Source: a virus (Duplodnaviria; Caudoviricetes). Taken from it: a stretch of 28,735 nt of DNA. Every line of letters starts with the position of its first letter. Positions within the stretch are counted from its first letter, which is position 1. The position numbers and the translations under genes were made by a program. Under the pieces are notes generated by a model. The model saw nothing but the letters and a program-made list of their open reading frames with translations. It did not search any database and had not been told where the DNA came from. This document shows, piece after piece, positions 10,701 through 18,635 of the stretch. The stretch spans positions 1 through 28,735 of the IMG/VR virus record IMGVR_UViG_3300026085_000007, one strand, 5' to 3'.

Positions 10701-11270
10701 GTCTAAATCTACTGTTCCTTGCCCTGCATCGCCAGAAAAAGTTAGATTGTCATCTTCTGGGTCCGCCCAATATACTTTACCTACACCATCTGTTGTAAGT
10801 TGTGAGCCAGCTGTACCAATATCATTTGGCAGTTCCATTGTGTATGAAGCGGGCAGATCAGCGTGAAGCGGCGCTTTAATTGTAATACCCGTAGCATTTA
10901 AGCTTGAATTTAATACCAACTGCCCAGGTTCAGCAACGCCTCCTGTAAGTTTGCCTTTTATATTAGCTTCTTTATCAACTTGTAGTAATCCAGCAATTGT
11001 TATTTTAGTACCGTCAGGATTTGTGTCTTGCGACATAATAGAACCTGTTATACGCGTTGCATTAGCTCCAACGGTGTCTTGAGTATCTCTTAATACTGGT
11101 ATTGTAAAGCTAACAGCGTCTGGGTCTATAAACTTATCAATGACATATTCTGCAATATCTCCTAGAAAAAAGTTTTTTGTTACTAGCTCGTTAGTGTCTC
11201 CATCTGTACCGATTATACGGTCAAGATCGGATATATATACATCTTTTTGATAAGTAGGTATTCTAGCCAT
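7734..11270 (-). CDS. Tail fibre/spike protein with a C-terminal S74 intramolecular chaperone
   Basis: 1178 aa, G/T/S/N-rich, with VGIGTTSPSQKLDV fibre repeats. C-terminus SSDYRLKENV...LKPSRFNF...GFIAHEVQ...IVPLLTAALQE followed by a coiled coil. Confidence 0.9.
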   Translation of the reverse strand: MARIPTYQKDVYISDLDRIIGTDGDTNELVTKNFFLGDIAEYVIDKFIDPDAVSFTIPVLRDTQDTVGANATRITGSIMSQDTNPDGTKITIAGLLQVDKEANIKGKLTGGVAEPGQLVLNSSLNATGITIKAPLHADLPASYTMELPNDIGTAGSQLTTDGVGKVYWADPEDDNLTFSGDAGQGTVDLDTQILNIVGGNYISTTALNQTLTINIDGVVTGSGTTGTLPMWGSTGEDLVDSLVSQGGSTVYIDGNVTVTGNSTLNGNVTLSNNSGDLITQNGTLYLNGPVKDTTNTFGTADQILVSDASGELIFTDSTNIAVGSAEVIEVPVKNLQGSALTKGDPVYISGSVGTSGRLEVQLADASNAAKMPAVGLLKQDLGVNEEGFVVVTGKLRNLDNGAIDGQTPSPNDVVYVKASGTTGNALTLVKPVGSALIQNMGKVGRVSNVGSNDGTFVVSSILRTNDIPNLTPGKIWVGSTGNTIESTVVSINEANDKVTIAGTIDLSDSYNSTIIGTLAGGNGRTSITAVGYNALQNNTGDYSNGFGSYALQNNTGLSSNGFGYNALQSNTAGTSNAFGSSALQNNTGLRSNAFGHYALQDNTGDYSNGFGYNALQNNSGSNNTAFGHIAGYESLYLTGSNNTFLGAYASYGTNTTISNSTAVGANVILTDSNTVILGNGANVGIGTTSPSQKLDVDGHIKMTETGATSDTDKFVVLDSGVLKYRTGAQVLSDISNSILSQDTNPAGRGLVLDGDRIKVDGTAGVKDSLTINYDDGTNPRVFPQQGENFTTRPTGRIGVVNNDGALEWAFTAVSKGDPDSKRSGLLHSESNAYRLILTNATEESVYLNSEGDSFIKGKLGIGKDAPNYKLDVDGSVAVSGDIYTNRVRRANGATELRINQARFFDTGNIANKYGTDIGATLHLRTDSSAEDKDVIALTKEGEGTSVTSGIKQSTAGEYTLILRDASNNQRVNFTTIELGQSFIDNTRVILSGNTNNANGAITINGRKWSSGERNAFMKFNKSGTQLDTALEFYSGGVLKGSIAYDSTGTAYNVSSDYRLKENVVEITDGIERLKQLKPSRFNFISDADKVVDGFIAHEVQDIIPEAVTGEKDATEEYEVTPAEYDDYGNVVSEAVMGTRDAYQQIDQAKIVPLLTAALQEAVAKIESLEARIQTLEGN
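9393..9680 (-). repeat. Six 48-bp (16-aa) tandem repeats inside the tail fibre
   Basis: GYNALQNNTGDYSNGF / GSYALQNNTGLSSNGF / GYNALQSNTAGTSNAF / GSSALQNNTGLRSNAF / GHYALQDNTGDYSNGF / GYNALQNNSGSNNTAF. Confidence 0.9.
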
Positions 11271-14200
11271 TATTTTCTTTTAATGTTTTTATCTCTTCTT
11301 CGAGTTTATTTATTTTATCTACTAGCTCTTTAATAGCCGCAGTGTTTATTGATATAATATTATTATGCTCTAATGTTAAGTGATCACCTTCTTTTACAAT
11401 AGTCGGTAAAACACCCTGTATGTCTTGTGCTATAAACCCATATCGCGTGCCTAAATCCATATTTCGCATACCCGGCTTCCAACTAAAGGAAACAGGCTCC
11501 AATTTCGAAACCGTATCTAGTGCATTTGAAATTGGATTAATATTTTCTTTTAAATTTTTATCTGAAAACGACTGCGAGGCGTTGCTTGTTATGGTGCCAA
11601 ATACATTTGCATTACCCCAAATTTGAGCAACCGCGTTGTCAGAACCTGGCACAACGTCTCCAAAGGCAACAAAACCCTTAGACCCTCTAATTTGCATGCC
11701 ATTTAAACCTATATTTGTTTTACTGCCCGCTCCTGTAAATAATACATTACTGAATGAGTTATACAAATCCTCGCCAGAGGATAAATACTGTCTTCCGGTG
11801 AAATATGTATACGCCCAGGGCTGTGAAGTTGAATTTAATAAATATTCGCCCGGTCGAGTGTTTGGGACCGCCGCAGCCCAAATATACATATTGGTTATCT
11901 CATAATGGTACGTTGCAACAACCGCTATTTTACCAGGGTTTGAAGGGGTGCCAATATCCGCGTCTGCACCCGTCGGGGTAAAAGAGCCTGCTATTTGCCC
12001 TGAGGCCCAATTGCCAGGAACCACAAGCTCAAGCCCAAAATATTCTATATCGCTTGTAGGAGTTAAAATTTGCGGGGTAGCGTCACGTAAGTTTTTTGTT
12101 ATAGTGCCTGTTCTTAATACTTTTTCTTCTGTGTGGAGAATTTTTACGAGACCATTAGATATGTCATCTGGCACAAAATTAAATCTAAATGTAACTTTAA
12201 GCTCGTAGTCAAGGCCAGCTACTCCAGGTACATTTGGAATAGCAGTGTAGTCAAGGGGTCCCACATCGTCGGGCGCTTCTCCTGTAAATGGGTCATTGAT
12301 AGGGGTAAATATTGACCCCCATCCGTAGTCAGCTCCGAAGCCTTTTTGAAAGCCCATTGTAGCAATAAACGCGGCACTACTTTCGGTTTGCGATTGAGTA
12401 TTTGGCCCTTGCCCGTAGGGTATTACATATTCAAACGTTCCACCAGTGTAGGAATCATAAGAAATATTGTTTTGCGCGTTAGCGCCAGGCAGGGTGCCCG
12501 TAAGGTCTGGATAAGAATACTTATATTTTTTAGCACCAAAAGTAGTAGATTGGTATCCCGTTGCGCTGGTTTTTCTATAGCTAGAATAGTTTGGCCCTGA
12601 ACTACTAAGGGGGTTTGGTACGGTGCCCGGGCTAAATGTAAAGTTAGCACTAACGGCTGCGCTTGGTGAGATAGCCGGTAGGTTTTCTGAAGACAATAAA
12701 AGTTTTTCAGTCCCTACTTCTGTATAGTTTCCGCTTGGATCTAAAACAATTTCAGAGGAGCCGTCTTTTAACGCACCGCTTGGGTCTACTGTCCAGTTAC
12801 CGACTGAACCAGCTGAATGAGTACCTCCAAAGTTTGCCGACCCGTCTGGGTTAATATAGAATTGTTCCGCATGTATAGAACTATTATCTAAGTTTATGCC
12901 CATGCCACTGACAGAAAACCCTGACAATGCAGAATTAACTGGCATTTCAAAATCGCCGCTAGCTATAATACCGGTTGTTATGTTACTACCGTTTATAACG
13001 GTATTAACTGTCGTATTCTGTCCGCTTAATATATTAAGGAGTTGCACCTCTGTAATACCAGCTGTATTGCCAGTTACATACCCATTGTCTTGCAAATATG
13101 AAGCAAGAGCAGCTTGATCTAAAAATGCAGATGTATCCGGTAGATCGCTTGTTGTGGTGTAATTATTTTGAGTTAGGTATGTGGAAAGATCATCAAAATC
13201 AATCCCCTGCCCTGTCGATGCATTAGAAAAGGTTACAGCACCGTTTAGCGATATACCATTGGCATTAACAATAAATGGAGCAACATCTGTACCGTTTACA
13301 TTAATAGTAAATACATCTGAATTGAATGATATAGATGAGCCTGTATTGCTATCGGATAATAGCTGCATGCCAGCAATATTACCACCAGCGTCTACAGTTA
13401 TACCATATGCAGATGTAAGGTTGCCGTTTATATCGGCGATAGCCGATTGATTTGTATTTACAGAAGCTGTATTGCCATTTACCGTAGCGGTAAGATCTGT
13501 TACGCTCTGCGCGGTAGCCACGCCATTACCCGCTGTTGTTTGCAGTAATGAAGTAGCAAATGCATCTATAACGTTACCTTGTGCATCAAATATTTGTGCA
13601 TTTAGATCCGTTACGGTTTGTGCCAATGCATAATCAGCTAATACTGTTGTTAGTTGCGACCCAGTGATACCAGCTGTTGAAGACGAAGCAATTTCGCTAT
13701 CTATATAACTAGTCAATGTAGACTCCAATGTAGTTAAGTCTGATGATGTTGCATACCCTTCACCTGCAATTGTAGTTGTTATTTGCCCTGCTAATGCTGT
13801 AGAAAGGCCAGTTAGGTTGCCATTTGCATCAAATGTACCAAATTCAGCTCCTAAATCAGTAACTGACTGCGCGGTTGCTAAATCTGGCCCTGTATAGCTG
13901 CTTAAAACATCGTTTGCAAATGCACTTGATAAAGTTTGGAGGTTCCCGTTTGCGTCGAATGTACCAAAACTGCTTAAAAGATTGGTCCATTGTGTAGAAG
14001 ATGAGAAATCCGCACCAGCTTGCACAACTAATCCATTTACAGCGCTTGCAAAAGCATCAGTTTGGATAATTCCATCGGCATAACTTTGATAACCGGCTGT
14101 TAAAGTATCTTGTAATGTAGCTATTGATCCCTCCAATGTAGAAGTTGTATTGGCTAATTGATCAATTGTGGCGTATGTGTCTATTGTAAGCTGTCCATCT

Positions 14201-14631
14201 ATAATTTGTTGGACCTGTGAAGATAAAGAATCGACTGTGGTGGCTGAAGCAAACCCTTCAGAGGCAATAGTTTCAGCAAAATTAGTGATATTTGCAGTTG
14301 ATAGCGTTAGCGTGCCATCATTATTAGTTTCAAATACAGATTCCAGCTTTTCTGTGCGCGTAACAATGGATTCTAACTCGCTTGTATGTGTATTTACGAT
14401 GTTTTGGTAAATTGCAATGGCTTCAGTATTGCCATCTATGCTTGTTGTGAGGTTCAGAAGACTCTGGTTTATACCATTACCGTTACCATTTACTGAAAAA
14501 TAATCAATGGCTAAGTCAACAATAGCCGCAACTGGTATATTTACCGTCGCTTTTTGATTTTCTACATCGGTTCCAACCAATGTGTCAGATAGTGTAACCG
14601 TGCCTTTTGTGTATCTGTGTATTCTAGCCAT
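11263..14631 (-). CDS. Second tail fibre/host-specificity protein with a C-terminal S74 chaperone
   Basis: 1122 aa with a long A/S/T-rich coiled-coil stalk (ATAQSVTDL and FGTFDANGNL repeats). The segment AYGITVDAGGNIAGMQL...APFIV resembles gpJ/DUF1983. C-terminus SDKNLKENI...YGFIAQDIQ. Confidence 0.85.
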   Translation of the reverse strand: MARIHRYTKGTVTLSDTLVGTDVENQKATVNIPVAAIVDLAIDYFSVNGNGNGINQSLLNLTTSIDGNTEAIAIYQNIVNTHTSELESIVTRTEKLESVFETNNDGTLTLSTANITNFAETIASEGFASATTVDSLSSQVQQIIDGQLTIDTYATIDQLANTTSTLEGSIATLQDTLTAGYQSYADGIIQTDAFASAVNGLVVQAGADFSSSTQWTNLLSSFGTFDANGNLQTLSSAFANDVLSSYTGPDLATAQSVTDLGAEFGTFDANGNLTGLSTALAGQITTTIAGEGYATSSDLTTLESTLTSYIDSEIASSSTAGITGSQLTTVLADYALAQTVTDLNAQIFDAQGNVIDAFATSLLQTTAGNGVATAQSVTDLTATVNGNTASVNTNQSAIADINGNLTSAYGITVDAGGNIAGMQLLSDSNTGSSISFNSDVFTINVNGTDVAPFIVNANGISLNGAVTFSNASTGQGIDFDDLSTYLTQNNYTTTSDLPDTSAFLDQAALASYLQDNGYVTGNTAGITEVQLLNILSGQNTTVNTVINGSNITTGIIASGDFEMPVNSALSGFSVSGMGINLDNSSIHAEQFYINPDGSANFGGTHSAGSVGNWTVDPSGALKDGSSEIVLDPSGNYTEVGTEKLLLSSENLPAISPSAAVSANFTFSPGTVPNPLSSSGPNYSSYRKTSATGYQSTTFGAKKYKYSYPDLTGTLPGANAQNNISYDSYTGGTFEYVIPYGQGPNTQSQTESSAAFIATMGFQKGFGADYGWGSIFTPINDPFTGEAPDDVGPLDYTAIPNVPGVAGLDYELKVTFRFNFVPDDISNGLVKILHTEEKVLRTGTITKNLRDATPQILTPTSDIEYFGLELVVPGNWASGQIAGSFTPTGADADIGTPSNPGKIAVVATYHYEITNMYIWAAAVPNTRPGEYLLNSTSQPWAYTYFTGRQYLSSGEDLYNSFSNVLFTGAGSKTNIGLNGMQIRGSKGFVAFGDVVPGSDNAVAQIWGNANVFGTITSNASQSFSDKNLKENINPISNALDTVSKLEPVSFSWKPGMRNMDLGTRYGFIAQDIQGVLPTIVKEGDHLTLEHNNIISINTAAIKELVDKINKLEEEIKTLKENNG

Positions 14632-14644
14632 TTATTTAGTGTTT

Positions 14645-14884
14645 TTACGCGTATCTCGCGCCTGATTCTTTTTTAGTACCTTGACCATCATTCCCTCTAT
14701 TCTGCTTTGGTGTCTCCCAACGCTTATCTTTGTGGTCCCAGTCTTTACCTTTAGCGACACTGCCAGCGGCTCGACGCCGTTTTTGGTTTTCCGCTTTCAT
14801 TTTTCTCCTTCGCGGGGTCATTGCATAAGCTTTGTCCCGTGCTGCCTTAGCTCTTTTCGCCGCGGGAGATAATTTTTGTGGCAT
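14645..14884 (-). CDS. Small basic protein with a degenerate HNH-like motif
   Basis: R/K-rich, with GKDWDHKD...ETPKQNRG. First gene of the left arm. Confidence 0.55.
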   Translation of the reverse strand: MPQKLSPAAKRAKAARDKAYAMTPRRRKMKAENQKRRRAAGSVAKGKDWDHKDKRWETPKQNRGNDGQGTKKESGARYA

Positions 14885-14940
14885 ATTAAGTTATTTTGGT
14901 GTCATACTCTGTATGATTACGCTCTTTTTTTACTTTTTAA

Positions 14941-14986
14941 TGCGACAATTGCCTGCTACTATTATATATAACTACCTAATGTCACA
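14941..14986. promoter_or_regulatory. Inverted-repeat protein-binding site, copy 1
   Basis: TGCGACAATTGCCTGCTACTATTATATATAACTACCTAATGTCACA; homologous to 16370 and, in reverse orientation, to 24673. Confidence 0.7.
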
Positions 14987-15094
14987 TTTTTTATGGAATG
15001 TTAGATATATAGAGGTTTTGGGTTGCTACCATACATACACCATACACCGGCATAAGTAAAACCCGTTTCTTTTTCCCAGCCCCCGTATCGTTTT

Positions 15095-15200
15095 CAGGAT
15101 CCCAGATCACGTTTCCAGGATCCAGGATCATCTGCGCACGGACACAGGTCACAGGATCCCGTGCAGGATTTACGCTTTCCCAGGTCCAGGATACAGGATC
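15095..15200 (+). repeat. Cluster of CAGG(A)TC short direct repeats at the strand switch
   Basis: CAGG at 15095, 15116, 15123, 15145, 15152, 15164, 15181, 15187 and 15194, plus CAGATC at 15103. Confidence 0.8.
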
Positions 15201-15213
15201 TATGTATAGCATT

Positions 15214-15246
15214 TACATACTTAACACGAATGGTATTCGATAATAT
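15214..15246 (+). promoter_or_regulatory. 33-bp early promoter-like repeat, copy 1
   Basis: TACATACTTAACACGA-ATGGTATT-CGATAATAT. Confidence 0.75.
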
Positions 15247-15259
15247 ATATGAATTTAAA

Positions 15260-15424
15260 ATGATAACAATGTTAGTAAGAATAGACACAAAGAACTGGTT
15301 AGGCAATTACGTCAACAAGATCCTGCATTTCGAGAACCAAACTCATCTGGACAACTACCTGCGTAAATGTTACAGTAACGAGTGCCACAGTAAGATCATC
15401 GGAGTCGAAATCTTACAAAGCTAA
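15260..15424 (+). CDS. Small early protein (54 aa)
   Basis: ATG 14 nt after repeat copy 1 (MITMLVRIDTKNWLG...). The ORF ends inside repeat copy 2. Confidence 0.65.
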   Translation: MITMLVRIDTKNWLGNYVNKILHFENQTHLDNYLRKCYSNECHSKIIGVEILQS

Positions 15425-15446
15425 TACGACTTTGTAACGATAATAT
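15414..15446 (+). promoter_or_regulatory. 33-bp repeat, copy 2
   Basis: TACAAAGCTAATACGA-CTTTGTAA-CGATAATAT. Confidence 0.8.
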
Positions 15447-15464
15447 AAATGTAAAACGAATAAT

Positions 15465-15605
15465 ATGAAAACAATTACATTAACACAATCTGACTACACT
15501 AACATTACAAAAGCTTTCTTTTACTATCTTGAAAATGAAAAAGCTCTTAACCTAACTCAAACTGAAATTGATTCAATACTTAAAACAAATAACAAAATAC
15601 AATAA
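15465..15605 (+). CDS. Small early protein (46 aa)
   Basis: My translation: MKTITLTQSDYTNITKAFFYYLENEKALNLTQTEIDSILKTNNKIQ. Confidence 0.6.
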   Translation: MKTITLTQSDYTNITKAFFYYLENEKALNLTQTEIDSILKTNNKIQ

Positions 15606-15626
15606 CTAACAAAAAAATAAATAACT

Positions 15627-15779
15627 ATGCAACGTAAATTTAACCGCAAAAAAGTATCAGAGTATGTAGGTCACGCAATCGTGATCGGTGTAACAGGATT
15701 CATCCTAACAGCATGTGTCAGCTTAATCGTGCACTTAATCCAACACGGAGCGCCAACTAGCTTTGGAATCTATGGATAA
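15627..15779 (+). CDS. Small single-pass membrane protein (50 aa)
   Basis: MQRKFNRKKVSEYVGHAIVIGVTGFILTACVSLIVHLIQHGAPTSFGIYG: basic N-terminus plus a hydrophobic helix. Confidence 0.65.
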   Translation: MQRKFNRKKVSEYVGHAIVIGVTGFILTACVSLIVHLIQHGAPTSFGIYG

Positions 15780-15783
15780 AAAA

Positions 15784-15816
15784 TACAAACTAAATACGAA
15801 GAGTATTCGATAATAT
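15784..15816 (+). promoter_or_regulatory. 33-bp repeat, copy 3
   Basis: TACAAACTAAATACGA-AGAGTATT-CGATAATAT. Confidence 0.8.
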
Positions 15817-15860
15817 AAATGTAACAAATAAAAATAATAATCTAAATTAAATTAAATACT

Positions 15861-16175
15861 ATGCAAAATTCAAAATTACAATCTGCAATTTCAAAACTAT
15901 CCAAGTCTGAACTATCTGAAATCTTTCCACCAATCGAACGTAAAAATTTCGTAGTCCGTAAATCTTGGTTCGGTCGTAATCAAATCATCACCTTTGTAAA
16001 TAACAAAAATCAAAAAATTACTTACAATCACGATGAAGTACTTAAAGTAATGTTACCTAAACTAAACATTATGCCTTGCTGGCAAAAGCGTGGTTACTGG
16101 TCTCAAAGTACCGATATGCCTTCGAATGTTCGAAATGTAATCATTGAAAAAGTTGACTTAGGTGAAGTAAAGTAA
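15861..16175 (+). CDS. Hypothetical early protein (104 aa)
   Basis: ORF follows repeat copy 3, with an AT-rich leader and strongly biased codons (CGT, AAA, ATC). Confidence 0.8.
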   Translation: MQNSKLQSAISKLSKSELSEIFPPIERKNFVVRKSWFGRNQIITFVNNKNQKITYNHDEVLKVMLPKLNIMPCWQKRGYWSQSTDMPSNVRNVIIEKVDLGEVK

Positions 16176-16359
16176 CCTAAGTTAACCCCCTCCCTGGGTC
16201 TGCTGACAACGATGGACGAATACCAACTCTATCAGTGGATCGAAACAGGACTGGCGCGTTGAGATGTGTGCATCACCAGTATAAATAACGTTGAACAGAT
16301 CGCACTTCGGTGCACATCGTAACTGATGTGTATAGCAACCGTATTATCTTAATTCAACG
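16152..16359 (+). ncRNA. Candidate structured RNA / multi-hairpin element
   Basis: 12-bp stem 16152-63/16175-86; ACTGG/CCAGT; CGTTGAA (16289-95)/TTCAACG (16353-59) enclosing GCAC-TTCG-GTGC and ACATC-GTAACT-GATGT. Confidence 0.45.
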
Positions 16360-16369
16360 ATCGGAAAAA

Positions 16370-16417
16370 TGCGACAATAGCTTCTTACTATAAATAATAT
16401 AGCACCCTAACGTCACA
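16370..16417. promoter_or_regulatory. Inverted-repeat protein-binding site, copy 2
   Basis: TGCGACAATAGCTTCTTACTATAAATAATATAGCACCCTAACGTCACA. Confidence 0.7.
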
Positions 16418-16583
16418 CTTTTTCGGAACCTTAAGTTAGTGTGCCTCGAGTAAACAAAAATATAAGTTGAATAAGTAATAATTTGAAATATAAGCAAAAT
16501 GAATAATAATTTTTTTAGGTGCTTAGAGGTAGGGTACAATACCTACCAAACCATTTTTACTAACAAATAAATTATATACTTTT

Positions 16584-16616
16584 TACAAACTTAATACGAA
16601 CTAGTTTCGATAATAT
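16584..16616 (+). promoter_or_regulatory. 33-bp repeat, copy 4
   Basis: TACAAACTTAATACGA-ACTAGTTT-CGATAATAT. Confidence 0.8.
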
Positions 16617-16641
16617 ATATGAATCTAAAATAAAAACTAAT

Positions 16642-16746
16642 ATGACTACAAATTTAACTTATAACCAACTACTTGAGTGGGATAAATATGACTTAATTGA
16701 CCAAATATTAGCTTTACAAATAGAGATAAACGAATTAACCGAATAA
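16642..16746 (+). CDS. Small early protein (34 aa)
   Basis: MTTNLTYNQLLEWDKYDLIDQILALQIEINELTE, following repeat copy 4. Confidence 0.5.
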   Translation: MTTNLTYNQLLEWDKYDLIDQILALQIEINELTE

Positions 16747-16757
16747 ATAATTATACT

Positions 16758-16928
16758 ATGCAATTTATATTAACTTGTGAAAACGGAAAACAAATTGACT
16801 TAAGTAGTGATATTTTACGCCAAATGAAAGGTGAAATAACTCGTGAAGAAGTTCAAGAACGCATTGACTACTATAAATTAACTAATAGCGATTTTGATAT
16901 TCACCCTTTAAACATAGAAACATTATGA
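16758..16928 (+). CDS. Small early protein (56 aa)
   Basis: MQFILTCENGKQIDLSSDILRQMKGEITREEVQERIDYYK...; ATGA overlap with the next ORF. Confidence 0.6.
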   Translation: MQFILTCENGKQIDLSSDILRQMKGEITREEVQERIDYYKLTNSDFDIHPLNIETL

Positions 16929-17059
16929 GAACTATTGAACTCACTGAATCCGATGCTATCTTTGTGCACTATGCGTTAAGAATGTACGCTATGAACACTG
17001 AAGGTTTAGACGAACAAGATAAAAAAGAAATTCGCGAAGTCGCGGCTAAATTTAAATAA
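16925..17059 (+). CDS. Small early protein (44 aa)
   Basis: MRTIELTESDAIFVHYALRMYAMNTEGLDEQDKKEIREVAAKFK. Confidence 0.6.
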   Translation: MRTIELTESDAIFVHYALRMYAMNTEGLDEQDKKEIREVAAKFK

Positions 17060-17060
17060 T

Positions 17061-17276
17061 ATGGAAAATAAGAAATTTTATTGGGACGAAGATACCATTA
17101 ATTACTATGTTAACTTCGAAGAAGCGAATGGTTGGGCAAATACGGCTATGAAGATATATGAGTATGTAGCGGACGAGTGTGAGTGGGAAGACGAAACCGA
17201 TATGAGAGCGATATACTTAGACTTACTCGAGCAAGTAGAAGCGGAAATAAACAAACAAATAGGAATAAATTTATAA
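17061..17276 (+). CDS. Acidic hypothetical protein
   Basis: 71 aa, ORF track. Confidence 0.7.
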   Translation: MENKKFYWDEDTINYYVNFEEANGWANTAMKIYEYVADECEWEDETDMRAIYLDLLEQVEAEINKQIGINL

Positions 17277-17283
17277 CAAATTT

Positions 17284-17316
17284 TACAAAGCTAATACGAT
17301 TACCTAACGATAATAT
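17284..17316 (+). promoter_or_regulatory. 33-bp repeat, copy 5
   Basis: TACAAAGCTAATACGA-TTACCTAA-CGATAATAT, running into TATATTTG, which matches the Bacteroidota -7 consensus TAnnTTTG. Confidence 0.8.
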
Positions 17317-17322
17317 ATTTGT

Positions 17323-17607
17323 ATGAAATTAATAGAAATAAACAACAATGGAACCGCTACGTTCCTATTAAACGACGGACGTAAAATAAAATCCTATCAA
17401 TCAGGTTACGTCAGAATGGTATACCCAAACGGACATTTGTACCAAATAAACAAAATAGCGAGAATTAAAAACGAGTATTGGACGGGAGTATGGCATGGCA
17501 GGGGTAGAGCGGATATAACTATCTACAACTACAAACGAGTACTAATACCAAATGAACTTGATAGACTTGAATATATTGTTAACTGGGTAAAACGAAATAT
17601 ACTATGA
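17323..17607 (+). CDS. Hypothetical protein
   Basis: 94 aa, ATG 7 nt after the repeat. Confidence 0.7.
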   Translation: MKLIEINNNGTATFLLNDGRKIKSYQSGYVRMVYPNGHLYQINKIARIKNEYWTGVWHGRGRADITIYNYKRVLIPNELDRLEYIVNWVKRNIL

Positions 17608-17858
17608 TGACAATGAAAGAAGCGTGTGAGTACGTTAAAAACTCAAGACTAGAGCGAAATCGTAAACACCGAATCGATCACGCTAATGACGGGTTATGCC
17701 AAGGATTAACCGAAAAAGAGTACAACCGAATGTACATTAAAGGCAAAGGCGCCGGAAGTAAAGGTCGCTCCTACTCTCATAACAAAATATGGGTAGCCCA
17801 AGGTAAGTCAGAACGTATTCATACCTTCTATCATAAGAAGTGGGATTTACAAAGCTAA
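17604..17858 (+). CDS. Hypothetical basic protein
   Basis: 84 aa; ends inside repeat copy 6 (…DLQS*). Confidence 0.65.
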   Translation: MMTMKEACEYVKNSRLERNRKHRIDHANDGLCQGLTEKEYNRMYIKGKGAGSKGRSYSHNKIWVAQGKSERIHTFYHKKWDLQS

Positions 17859-17880
17859 TACGAATAGGTATCGATAATAT
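17848..17880 (+). promoter_or_regulatory. 33-bp repeat, copy 6
   Basis: TACAAAGCTAATACGA-ATAGGTAT-CGATAATAT. Confidence 0.8.
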
Positions 17881-17908
17881 AATTGAATAAAAACTAAAAT
17901 AATCTACT

Positions 17909-18115
17909 ATGCAAAACACAATTAAATTTACCACAAACAAAAAAATTAAACTCAACGGAGTTACTTACAAACCTTACACTGTCGGCAATTTGCCTCCTTC
18001 ATTCGGTTTCAAATACGACGAAGCTAAAGACAAAGACGGAATATACCAATGGTTTAACTATAAAGGTTTAACTTATGTTGAAGAAAAGAAAGGATTCTGG
18101 GATGCTTTTGCATAG
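17909..18115 (+). CDS. Hypothetical protein
   Basis: 68 aa following repeat copy 6. Confidence 0.7.
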   Translation: MQNTIKFTTNKKIKLNGVTYKPYTVGNLPPSFGFKYDEAKDKDGIYQWFNYKGLTYVEEKKGFWDAFA

Positions 18116-18368
18116 GGGCATACCCTACCACTACGAAGAGTGGACGGCTTACAACGGTAAGTTAGCTAGCGGATATAGCTGCAAACACTTTAACTTTGCA
18201 CCTTATTATGTTAGCTACTTATCGGCGCAGTCGGAGGAAGAAATGAAAGCTCGTATTGACGATTTTATAGACAATCACGATAGATATGTAGAACTGCGTA
18301 AACTGCACGATGCCGGATGTGCTGCGTATTACGCAAGTAAAAAACCCGGCGATTATACAGGAGATTAA
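18102..18368 (+). CDS. Hypothetical protein
   Basis: The ATG at 18102 (MLLHRGIPY...) is more plausible than 18075. Confidence 0.65.
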   Translation: MLLHRGIPYHYEEWTAYNGKLASGYSCKHFNFAPYYVSYLSAQSEEEMKARIDDFIDNHDRYVELRKLHDAGCAAYYASKKPGDYTGD

Positions 18369-18371
18369 ATT

Positions 18372-18635
18372 ATGAGTGATACAATAACTAAATGGCACGA
18401 AATGGAAGAAGAGCGTAAGCTTGCCGAAAATGCCGAGCAATATAACAAAGAAATAAACGAAGTGCAATACCAAGATTATATTTGGGTGCTTGACTTCACT
18501 GATGGCAAAGTATATTCATACAAAGTGCCAAATGGTGTAAACGACCTTGAATCCTTTATAATAGGTGCAGGTCACAGCCTATCGAATATAGAGTGGATGA
18601 ATACTAATGAATGCGAAGTAGAATATGGCAACTAA
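18372..18635 (+). CDS. Hypothetical protein
   Basis: 87 aa, ORF track. Confidence 0.7.
   Translation: MSDTITKWHEMEEERKLAENAEQYNKEINEVQYQDYIWVLDFTDGKVYSYKVPNGVNDLESFIIGAGHSLSNIEWMNTNECEVEYGN

Noticed and set aside
1633-14410. Plus-strand ORFs across the left arm (e.g. 6207..6764, 6957..7385, 9799..10233)
   Set aside because: Antisense shadows of well-supported minus-strand genes, with no recognisable motifs.
7734-14631. Diversity-generating retroelement or invertible tail-fibre locus
   Set aside because: No reverse transcriptase or invertase is present, and I saw no template/variable repeat pair.
14832-15306. ORFs 14832..15059, 14991..15212, 15094..15306 and the 5' part of 15161..15424
   Set aside because: They run through the repeat and regulatory gap. 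Their repeated DP/QD peptides simply reflect the CAGGATC repeats.
16195-16255. Hammerhead-like CTGACAA...CGAAAC
   Set aside because: The core deviates from CUGANGA, and I could not build stems I and III with a cleavage triplet.
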